Positions 11,539-22,372 of a stretch of 64,000 nucleotides of DNA are shown here, in pieces (positions within the stretch are counted from its first letter, which is position 1; every line of letters begins with the position of its first letter). Position numbers and translations under genes: made by a program. Source of the stretch: Laetmonice hystrix (lineage: Eukaryota); NCBI GenBank assembly GCA_965235115.1, contig OZ249446.1, positions 2,914,001 to 2,978,000 of the forward strand, read 5' to 3'. The notes beneath the pieces are model-generated. The model did not search any database. It was not told the DNA's origin and was given only the letters and a program-made list of their open reading frames with translations.

Positions 11539-11997
11539 AAATTGGCGATGATGACCCTGTGAGGCCTCAGCTTCAGACAGAAAATTGGCGATGATGACCC
11601 TGTATACCAGATGAGACCTCAGCTTCAGACAGAAAATTGGCGATGATGACCCTGTATACCAGATGAGACCTCAGCTTCTGACAGAAAATTGGCGATGATG
11701 ACCCTGTATACCAGGTGAGGCCTCAGCTTCAGACAGAAAATTGGCGATGATCACCCTGTATACTAGATGAGACCTCAGCTTCAGACAGAAAATTGGCGAT
11801 GATGACTCTGTACACAAGATGAGGCCTCAGCTTCAGACAGAAAATTGGCGATGATGACCCTGTATACCAGATGAGACCTCAGCTTCAGACAGACAATTGG
11901 CGATGATGACTCTGTACACAAGATGAGGCCTCAGCTTCAGACAGAAAATTGGTGATGATGGCCCTGTATACCAGATGAGACCTCAGCTTCAGACAGA
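11539..11997. repeat. 52-bp minisatellite, ~9 copies
   Basis: Unit AAAATTGGCGATGATGACCCTGTATACCAGATGAGACCTCAGCTTCAGACAG. The first unit is 10 bp shorter. Confidence 0.97.
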
Positions 11998-12841
11998 AGC
12001 ACAAGCCATCACGCTCTAACCCGGAATCCGCGTCTGATCGTAAAAGATATTTTGTCTTTTGATCTCAATATTTTGTGCCAAAAAATACCAAATAGCACAT
12101 CTAGAAAGAGTCATATCGGGATTCCGTCCTCAGTATATGTCTGGCATAACTGTTGGCAAACGACGATGCCAACAATTTCGTAAAGCTCATCGCATGGACT
12201 TGACTTTGCCCAAGGAAAGTATCTAGAGCCGTCTAAATTTGTTGTACATTACATTCCCAGCGTCACTAAGGTAGGGACGTCTAGGGATCAACCGCCTTGT
12301 TTTATGGCCTACCACCACGTATGCGGTCTCGATCCCCCTCCGTGAATCCAGTACCTGTTCGGTACAAATGAGGTTTTCCGGGGTACCTTGTCTCTACACA
12401 AGCTGCGGTTACAAATGAATCAACCTGGAAGGTATTGGTACCCCCCAGAACGAGGCTGGCGGGTGTCCAACAGCTCGTGCGTGTTCCGCATCGACAGATT
12501 GACCGATCCTTCAGACTGCGCATGCGCACTGCACAGACGCTACCACGGTACTGGCTATGCCCCCTCGTGGTCGGCGATGATATTAACGCCATGTTCGTTC
12601 CCAACATATCTAACCTGTCTGGATTTCAGGCCCGTACCCGGACACGAGACCGCCCCCATATTACAGCCAGCGGCTATCTCCAGCCAGATATCACTCACTC
12701 CAAGCCTAATATCTAGTCAGACAGCCGCCGGGAAAGAGCGCCACCTTGTGTCGATGTTCAGACAAGATTGATCTGTCTTCATACAGGAAAATTTCGCTTT
12801 TTGATGGATAGGGTGGGTCAATGAGTTTAAAGGCACAAAAG

Positions 12842-12948
12842 GAGCATGTATATACATGTATGTTGAAAGTACCCCCTACCAGTATGAGTCAGCCTTAGGA
12901 GCATGTATATATGTTGAAAGTACCCCCTACCAGTATGAGTCAGCCTTA
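12842..12948. repeat. Two-copy ~51-57-bp tandem duplication
   Basis: GAGCATGTATATA...TGTTGAAAGTACCCCCTACCAGTATGAGTCAGCCTTA occurs twice. Confidence 0.9.
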
Positions 12949-13883
12949 CCCAGTTCAAACAGTCACCAATAATGCAACCAAAAATATAATAACACGCGCA
13001 GACACCGATGGCATCTCAACAGAGCACCACGCCACTAATATTTCACATCTTGTCAACTACGCCAGTCAACGCAGGAATCCGCTCCCATGAGTGCGCATCA
13101 TCAGTGAGCAGTTCTACTTCCGGTACAGGTCCAGCTCGGAGGCTTGCGGTTGGCCATGACTCAATACTTAAAACGCACGGGGATTCCCTGGAAGTAGTAG
13201 TATGAATTGTGGGAATTCTGTGTCGTCATTACCACCAGCGCGCTGGATGGAAATGTAAACTCTGGCATCTCTGTCGACAACAGACTCATATATTGAAGTC
13301 ATACTATTTCAATTTTTTCCAGTGCATAATCATCATATTTATAAACCATTTAGCTAGGGGTGAAAGGTATGTTATATCTTGTCGGTTCATACTCCCGTTG
13401 TAACTTTAATTATTTGTTTTTAATTGCTCTTCCGGTAGCAGTATACATCTGCTCCCCACAGGAAAGGACTCCTTGTGATCATAATAAGGAATCAACAGTA
13501 TCCCTCGGGCAGTTTCTTTTTCTTCCGCATGAAGTAAATAACATCTGTTCCCTTTTGTGGACCACAATAATATTGTTCAAGACGACAGAAGCGATGACAC
13601 GAAAATAAAATTTGGTGGGCTATGAAACATTTTAGTGTCATTACCATAAAAATATGAATTGCTTAGACGGCAGATTGGTCATGGCACCAACGAATCTTCC
13701 AAAGTCATAAGCGACTGTCTTGGAGCGTATGATAAACAGCATCTATTTCAGAGAAAGTGGGATGATAACCTGCTTTTAGAGCACCCCAGCCGTCTATCTG
13801 AAACACCTGTCGTTGGATCCGTACCAGTTTATTACTGTCTCAGCGGATGGTCGTTCATGGGCTGCATACCTTCACCGCGTGTG

Positions 13884-13968
13884 AGGAGGAGGAGGAGGGG
13901 GGAGGAGGAGCAGGAGGAGGAGCAGGAGGAGGGGCAGGAGGAGCAGGAGGAGCAGGAGGAGGAGGAGG
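13884..13968. repeat. GGA/GCAGGA microsatellite
   Basis: (GAG)n with interspersed CAG. Confidence 0.95.
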
Positions 13969-16231
13969 TCTCAGGAAAAGGGCCCATGCTTCAGGTGGAG
14001 AGATCTGGTAAAAGTGGAGGTCAAAAACTCAGAAAGCTGTATGGGCAACAATTTCTGCCTTGGGGGGGGGGGGGGTGGTGAACCGCCGCCCCGTGGATCG
14101 GTCACTACGGCTACAGTATGTCTGATTCCATGTGTGGTATTAATACGCGCTTATATACCCGCAGGCAACCCGTGTCACTCCGGTTTCAAGGCCGGCTGAT
14201 TGAGCGATATTTAGGTAATGTCAAGCCAAGCAACCGTTGGTTTTATAAGCAATCCCCTCCAGGGGCGGACAAGCCATTACTGACATGTCTGTGGGTGGGG
14301 AGGAGTATGGGGGGAAATATCGCTTCCCTCTTCACCCCTGAACCTTGACTTCATCATCGAATGGGACGGCAATGAGAAATGGATGGCTTTCTCTTAACTC
14401 TGGCTCGAGGCCCTCATCATTCCCCAATCAGACGTAAACTGAGACATCCCGTCTGCATTTTTAATCAGAAAATATTATGTGCCAGTATTCTGTACATGCC
14501 AGAGTCTTATCAAAGTGGTACAATGGTGTACGATTGTCAACATCGGCCGTGCAGTAGTAAGCTGAGCATGATTAAGCTAAGTTAAGCCCGGGAATAAGGG
14601 ACTCCTAGAGATATTCATCTTCCTTCAGGTGAAACCTAATCATTTTGATTAAATAATGCCATCATGACACCATCATGCGAATTAGATCTAATTACCTTAG
14701 ATACAACAGAGAGGCGTCCTTTCTTTGCTTTCCTGCTTTTAATTTTCCAAATTGCTAACACCATGACATATGTCCATATTTAGGCTATAACACGCTTATC
14801 TGAACACGCGGCTCGGGTAAGAGCACTTACGATATCCGAGGCAGCACTTTTCGCAACTTCACTATCCCCCTTTTGATGTCTACTGCATGGGCTGGTTTCC
14901 GATATTCTACAAATGGAGGCAGAACATAAACTTACAACTCAACAGTGGCCATTAGCCACCCCCCCCCCCCCCAGACAGAAAGTGTAGATTTCTGCTCATT
15001 AGACTGGGGTCTGTCTTACTGTATATGCTACGTGACAGGCGTTAATGCAGGCGGGTTTCTACATTTCAGAACAGTCGCCTCTCTCGGGAGTTCCTTAAAT
15101 TCAAAGAACATTGATAAGATACTTCTACTGATACGTGATAAGATGGCAAAGGAACAAGAACTGCCCCCCAAAAAAACACTTTATTCCCCCCTCCCCTCAT
15201 GTCCCATCCGGGGCTCCGTGAGGCAACAACAGTGCTTGGTTAGATATGAAAAACCCTATTCAGACAGACACATTCATACCTCCCAGTTGAGCAAGCTCAG
15301 GGACTTTAAAGCCGACCACACACTGTGGGGACTTTGAGTAACCTGACAGTCGGCACCTGATTGGTGACTTTTAGTGTCTGGGGGACTGAAGATTAAACAT
15401 ATGTTTGTCTTTAATAGTCGCCAGAAATTAGTGAAGGCTAGAGTCGGCAACCAGTCTTCAGGGAGTTCCCGCTATTTCAGTTTCGTATAAGTCTCCACAG
15501 TGTGCGGCGAGGTTAAAGGATCATTCGGAAAAAAGTTCTTGGTCACTGTAACTTTCTTGAAACATTGCAAAACACCTTTTTACTCACATTGCACAACAAT
15601 TTATTTAGCATGTGTTTATTTAAATACATAAGTGAGAGACATTTGTTACCTTATGTTCGAAATAATTTTTAGGTGTAGCAGTGTTCAACCCTAGAAATAT
15701 TGAGGTTTCAGCTTGCCCCCTAAACTGTTCTAATGATACGGAAAATAAGCATATTGATCATAAGTTTTTGTTTTGTTTTGTTTTTTGAATCATATTTACC
15801 CAGCTGGAAAATAGTGGGTTCGAAAATTCCGGAACCCTAACTCTGCGCTTAAGGTATGAAATGATGCAACAGTCCTTCACTGCATTACTTCATTGCACAC
15901 CGGCAGCGTGCTTACCCTATCCAGTGCTTCCGGCTGGGTTATCAAATAGCCGGGCGTGTAACGCTGCGACTTGGCACTGTTTCACCGAAAGGAACCCAGC
16001 CGGAAGCACTTATCGACAAGAGTAGCAGGCACGGATCCAGGAGTTTTGTAAAAGTCTCGACATTCTGACTTGAAATAACGACAAAGTTATTTGAACCGAT
16101 TGCAAAGAAACATTGAAGAAGCCAAATAATGTAACATGGTCACATTATAAAGCCGCGGTTTTGAATTGGAGAAAATAACTGAATGTGGACACGCTCCCTG
16201 AGTAGGACGTTGTCTTGGTGTATGTTCGTTT

Positions 16232-16270
16232 TCATCATCATCATCATCATCATCGCCATCATCATCATCA
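16232..16270. repeat. (CAT)n microsatellite
   Basis: Run of TCA/CAT triplets with one interruption. Confidence 0.95.
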
Positions 16271-16911
16271 CCGGAGAGAATGAAATCTGTTCCAGCCCTG
16301 AAGATGACCAATAGTTACCGACTGGACGAACTCCGTCGGGGGCCAGTCAACCTCTCTTTTCTCTTTTCCGACTTCTTTAACTATACTAAAACCTGTTGTA
16401 CTTCGAATATTTGAGTGCCAAGCAAGTCCGAGTAAAATTTACTGACATATATATTTCTTATTTAATTTGATTATCAATTGGTATATAAACCCTTTCCTTC
16501 TCATTTATCTAAAGACTGGCTTGGAAGACTGGTTTTATATATTATTTATATCAAGTTATATTTAGGCCTATAACTGGCTACCTTTTAAATATTGTATATA
16601 GCTGACTTGATTTTCATATTTGTACATAATCACCCTGTTGTTCCTAGCTATACGTGTATAATCCGATGCTGCTATTCATCTTGAAAAATTACAACCGTAG
16701 AAGATGTATCAGCATAAATAAACGATATAAAATAAACAGTAGGTAAGTTGGTACTGTAAGTTCTGGCGATCTAAACCATCTTTAGCATTGGTCACCGATA
16801 TGCCGACTAAATGGAAGGGCAAAGGTAAACCAAACCATGCAGGACATGAAAGCAGTGGAGAATTCATCCCCATGTATGTTTTACTGCAAGTTTTATTCTC
16901 CGATCAAGGCC

Positions 16912-18231
16912 TGTTACAACCTATAATGTAATAACTGACCGATAATGTGATAAAGGTCAAAATTTTATAAATTATTACATTATCAACACCCTCTCCAACC
17001 GATAATGTAATAATCGACCGATAGTGTAATAAAATTTCTAACCGATAATGTAATACAATTTTGACTCCGATAATGTAATAATCGACCGATAATGTAATCG
17101 AATTTCTAACCGATAATGTAATACAATTTTCACCAAGAGTGTAATAAGATACGCTAACCGATAGTGAAACTTGGCGTCAATTGAAAGAGCATGCATGACT
17201 TCCTATTCGTGCTCAATAGTAACTATGGCCCTATCTGGCCCCGTTTCCGAGTTAGAGCCATAGATATGTAAAGTGGCCACTGTTCAAAATTTTCAGGTCA
17301 CGTGGTTTAACGAAAATAGGTCAAATCGATTCTAGCAAAGGGGATTCCACTGACCCTCTCTTTATAGAGACCATCCCTGTGCAATTTAATAAAATTTTAA
17401 TGAAAATCGAGGAAGAAGTAGGCATTTAAGCATTTTCTGACCTTTGACCCAGCTCTCAGACACGTCAAAGGTCAAAGGTCAAAATATTTGCAAAAAATGA
17501 ATTAGGTCTCTGCTCAATTCCGACAGTTCATCAGTTTCTAAAAAGTTTCCATATTGACCTTGAAAACCGTCCCAATAGTCAGAACACTAATGACGGCATA
17601 ACGTCATGACATTACCTCATGTAACGTCATGACTCATTGTCAGATCTGAGTTGGTGACTATCAACATGTCCACCAAATTTGACTTTGATATCTTGAAAAA
17701 CGACCGAGATACGACCCCTGTTTACTACTACTACATCTACTACGCATATAATACAGAAACCGAAACCAGACCATTTCTAGATCCCATCCCCCTAGGATGG
17801 GGGATGGGATAATAAAAAGGCGTAATTTAGGAACGTAATTTTTAATAAGTTGGGTGTTATGTAACACTTATTCACACACCCCAACCCCTCCCTCTGTAAC
17901 GCTTTGTAACGGAACCCTACATACCCAACCACCCCCCAAGCGTTACGTAATTTATGGACAGCCCCCAAGGCAGGGTAGAGATTTGCCTCTTCACTTTATT
18001 ACATTATCGGTCAAGATGGTATTACATTATAATAGCGTATTTTATTACATTATCCGTCAAAATTGTATTACAATATCGGTTAGCAATTTTTCCCGAATTT
18101 CATTACATTATCGGTCGATTATTACATTTTTAGTTGGAGAGGTTGTTGATAATGTAGTGATAATGTAATAATTTATAAAATTTTGACCTTTATCACATTA
18201 TCGGTCAGTTATTACATTATCGGTTGTAACA
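16912..18231. mobile_element. 1320-bp non-autonomous DNA transposon: TGT...ACA termini, long TIRs, 5-bp TSD (Ginger-like assignment tentative)
   Basis: The left end TGTTACAACCTATAATGTAATAACTGACCGATAATGTGATAAAGGTCAAAATTTTATAAATTATTACATTATCA matches the reverse complement of the right end over ~73 bp with 1 mismatch, then loosely for ~200 bp. AGGCC lies at 16907-16911 and 18232-18236. No transposase ORF. Confidence 0.93.
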
Positions 18232-18425
18232 AGGCCACATAGAAATCTTATGGCAAGTTAGGTCAGGGTGCTGACATCTGGTGACATCAGCCCACCCATC
18301 CACTCGGCCATACCAACCCCAATACACCCAGATCGCCTGTGTGGCGAACGATACCAATACCCCCAACCCGCCACCCCACCCCACCCCACCCACCCACCCA
18401 CCAAAGCTCACCATCTGAGCTAAAA
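18232..18425 (+). mobile_element. 3' part of a HINE/Helentron-associated-like element interrupted by the 16912-18231 insertion
   Basis: (CCCA)n microsatellite followed by a terminal hairpin AGCTCA-CCATC-TGAGCT and an A-run. The 5' part probably lies left of 16912. Confidence 0.45.
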
Positions 18426-20247
18426 TGCAATCTACAATGTGTAAATAGTCCTATACCCTTGTGGAACTTCTAAAAGCGTGAGAACTTTTTTTCGTTTTAG
18501 ATGTGCGGAGATGAAGAGATGAAGCCAGCGTCACAAAGGCCTGGGAGATGACTTATTTGAGGGCAGTCTTTCATACGACACCGATTTGTAATGCGGGACT
18601 TCCGTTTTGTTCGCTCTTGATGTCAGGCGATGAAAGCATTGCCAGGATACTGCCACCCTCGTTGTTCTCAAGGCAACACGGCCTGTAGCAAGTCGACCAC
18701 TGTGCATAGACTTCGTCGATGATTGATTTGCACTATGATCTCAACTGGCGTGCTTGGTAGATGACACACACAGGGCTTGTACTGACGCAAAGTATGATCT
18801 AATTGTACCTGTATACGAAGGAGCCATAATTATAAGGAGTAGCTGTCATGGCCATTTTCTGGAACTCGAAACCAGCGAGAGAGGAGCAGTGGAAGTATGT
18901 GATGTTACCAACCAGTGGTGTTGGTCTCGTTTAGTTCTCCCGTGAGGAAATCTACTTCCGGTCCCCTATAGTCTGGCCGTGTACAAAGACAACCAACAGA
19001 GGGGGCATTCTCACGACATATCGCACCTCATTTTCCAACTTGTGCCTCTATTCCTGTAATGTTCCCTCACTTTTTTTTGGTTCTTGGATCCAATATCATT
19101 ATGACCGCGCTATTATACAACAGCCTCCAATTCAAAGATTGTTGAAGTGGAAAGAGACTTCGAGAAGATTTCCAGTGACATCCCTTAATGCCTAAAGAAT
19201 CTATCACTTTGATTAGAGAACCATTGACCTGAAGTGAATGCCATATAGTTATAGAAATGGTCGGAGTCCAACCAGGACAATCTCAAGGCATCTTAGAATG
19301 GTGCAACATGCCAGAACATCTTCTTCAAATGTTATTTTTCATTTGATTGAGTTGTCGGAACACGGCATACATAAATCACGTGTGGGAGCTAGCGCCACGG
19401 ATCTCACCTATCTTGGGGGATCGTACCACGTTTGGACTTTTCAATAATCCTATTTCTTCTTCTTTTATTTAAAACATCAATAAGCAATCAGGGCAAATAC
19501 GAATTTTTGGGGCAAATGTAAAAGTAGCACACCTCAGACTATTCAGTTTCCAATTTCCTATCAGTGTTTGTTTCTTAGAAGTAATTCACACATGTATGGC
19601 ATGAGCAGAGGAGGTAGAACTGCGTCCAGTACTGTTGATTGCAAGCCTTACCGTGCCCTGAGGCATTCACCCGTCGACTTGCATTAAAACTGTAAACTTA
19701 CTTGGCCTACAGACTCTCATGGTAGCCTGGTCCCCAGCTCTATATTGACTACGTATATTGAGCCTGGTAAAGGCTAATCGAAGCGAGCACTGTGATTGGC
19801 CCATTGAAAACATGGACGCAAACGAGGTAGTTCCGTACCCTCCGTATTTCTCCAACAAGATACAGATATTTTCGTCAATCCCTTTAAAATACAAGTGTTA
19901 AATGTCCTCGCTTTTCTGGATGTAAACATAGCGTCATCGGTCCCCACACCTGCTACGGTCTGCATACGCATGGGCATGTTGGCCACTCCCGGCCACGCTC
20001 CAAGCAGAAGTCGGTCACTCTGTTAACGCTGACCAACGGGACGGAAGCGGAAGTGCTTGGAGTTTAATCACTTCCGTTTCGCAGCTTTCTGTTAGCCAGC
20101 ACCTGGCCTAACATAGCGGATGCGTATGGTAGGCACATGGGAGCAGGCTAACTCTCATGGAAGCAACTCTTGAGAAAATGTTATCAAGCACAATCACAAC
20201 CTCTTCTTTTGAGCAAGGTCTGTCCTTCCCATGTTTCCAAGCCATAC

Positions 20248-20381
20248 CTGAATAAGTTCTTAATCTCTCGGGGGGGGGAGAACAGCCGTATAGGGTTCCT
20301 CAGTTCGTTCAGTTCCATTGTATTCTGCCACAATTGCTGTTTTAACAGCCGATCCAGGGCATCACGAACTGCCGCGCTGCC
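20248..20381 (-). CDS. Candidate internal exon (GSAAVRDALDRLLKQQLWQNTMELNELRNPIRLFSPPREIKNLF), product unknown
   Basis: CCCTCCCAG acceptor, open frame, CAG|GTATGG donor. No homology recognised. Confidence 0.3.
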
Positions 20382-21867
20382 CTGGGAGGGAATTCAGCCA
20401 GACAGTTCTTGTTGGTAAAAATATACAAAGGGTGGATTCTTTAAATAGGTAAATAATTCTTTAATTTTTTATATTTTAAAAACTACCGAATTTATATAAC
20501 TAGATTCCAGAGCTTTTTTTGGTATTTTATTACACGAGACCCGGGCAGGAACCTCGTACCTCCCCTCCGTTAACCCCTCCCCCCCCCTTCCTTAACGCCC
20601 TTGACAGGGGATGTATTAGCCGTGAAGCAGTATTTACGACCCATGCCAGCTCGTGCTCAGAATGTCGACTGGCCATCAGACGTACAGACCCAAAGTCTCT
20701 CGAGATTCCGACACTGTGGTAAAAACCGTAAATCATTCAACCACACCTCTCCCTGGCCACATAACCCCTGGCCCCATCATCCCTTCCACGTCTTGACACG
20801 TGCAAATTTGAGATTACAGTCTAAAAATATAGGAGATAATTCAAGGATCGAGATGAATCGATGATCAAGCTTCGACGACAGGATCTTTCCTTGTGTGTAT
20901 AGGATATACTTGTCGATGGAAGTTTGCCTCGATAATGCAATGTTAAGTTTGGGGGATGTTTCTTCCGTTCTTCGATAACATAGCTATTATCTACGGTGGC
21001 TCATAAGGGGCTTGCACATGTTACATGTATGTCCCTTATGGGCCACCGTAATTATCTTTAGTATTTAGTGGGTATTAGATGGCGGCGAGAGGTCGAGACT
21101 GTTTATGTGGTGATATACGAGTGTTAACCGAGGTCACAAACGGCATAACAGCGGCTCGGATGTAGACCATGCTGCTAACAGTACATCGGGGGATAGAGTA
21201 ACCTTTAGCAAACCAAAGGTGCACTACATCATGGTATTATAACCTAAGCTCCATTGCAAGCTCCGAATGCCAAGCTCTGGCCTAAATATATTTAGATTTT
21301 CTTTTTGTCAAAAGCACATTGATTTTTGTATAAACAACAATTTTTCAACGCGGTTTACTGTAAAACCTTTTTCCCTTCAATTGATTTTAATTATTAATTA
21401 AGCAGCCTACAGAATAATATAGGTCAATCATGAAACAGCATAGTATCAATAACAGTTTGCGTCCATGTCGTTAACGATAAATAATTAGACAGTGTGGGGT
21501 TAAATCAACATGGTATCCGATAATGTATTATGTGCACCGTGTGAAATTCAATGAGGCAGGGTGAATAACGAACCGTGTCGAAACATTTAGCTCCCAATCG
21601 ATGCGTTTCAAACAAAATGTTGATTAAATCAATGCTGCATTAATCAATCTACATTAGGAGAGAAACGAGAATCATTAGTTCTTCTGATTAACATTCCATA
21701 GTATTTTTTTACCTAAATTGCGCCAAAACATACCTGTTTATAAATAAAACATTAAATATTTTGCTGTAAGTATGAATTGGTGAGAATGGCATTTGTTTCA
21801 CTTTGAATTGGCCTGGCACAAGTGACAAAATACGTTTTAATTTGCATGATCTTCTGATAAACACCAG

Positions 21868-22372
21868 CAGTGGTTCTTAACCCAGTGGCAGGAAGGTCTC
21901 ACGGAACATTGTGAGTTCTTAACCTAGTGGCAGGAAGGTCTCACGGAACATTGTGAGTTCTTAACCCAGTGGCAGGAAGGTCTCACGGAACATTGTGAGT
22001 TCTTAACCCAGTGGCAGGAAGGTCTCACGGAACATTGTGAGTTCTTAACCCAGTGGCAGGAAGGTCTCACGGAACATTGTGAGTTCTTAACCCAGTGGCA
22101 GGAAGGTCTCACGGAACATTGTGAGTTCTTAACCCAGTGGCAGGAAGGTCTCACGGAACATTGTGAGTTCTTAACCCAGTGGCAGGAAGGTCTCACGGAA
22201 CATTGTGAGTTCTTAACCCAGTGGCAGGAAGGTCTCACGGAACATTGTGAGTTCTTAACCCAGTGGCAGGAAGGTCTCACGGAACATTGTAAGTTCTTAA
22301 CCCAGTGGCAGGAAGGTCTCACGGAACATTGTGAGTTCTTAACCCAGTGGCAGGAAGGTCTCACGGAACATT
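21868..22372. repeat. 42-bp minisatellite, ~12 copies, starting with a hAT-like terminus
   Basis: Unit GTTCTTAACCCAGTGGCAGGAAGGTCTCACGGAACATTGTGA. The array begins CAGTGGTTCTTAACC. Confidence 0.97.

Noticed and set aside
13884-13968. Glu-rich coding stretch
   Set aside because: It is a simple GAG microsatellite within an otherwise non-coding-looking ORF.
19702-19883. Exon-like frame GIDENICILLEKYGG...
   Set aside because: It is not phase-compatible with the upstream candidate at 20248-20381, has a weak acceptor and shows no recognisable homology.
21924-22364. 146-aa Cys/His-spaced ORF resembling a zinc-finger array
   Set aside because: It is a translation of a near-identical 42-bp repeat, and the spacing does not match C2H2.
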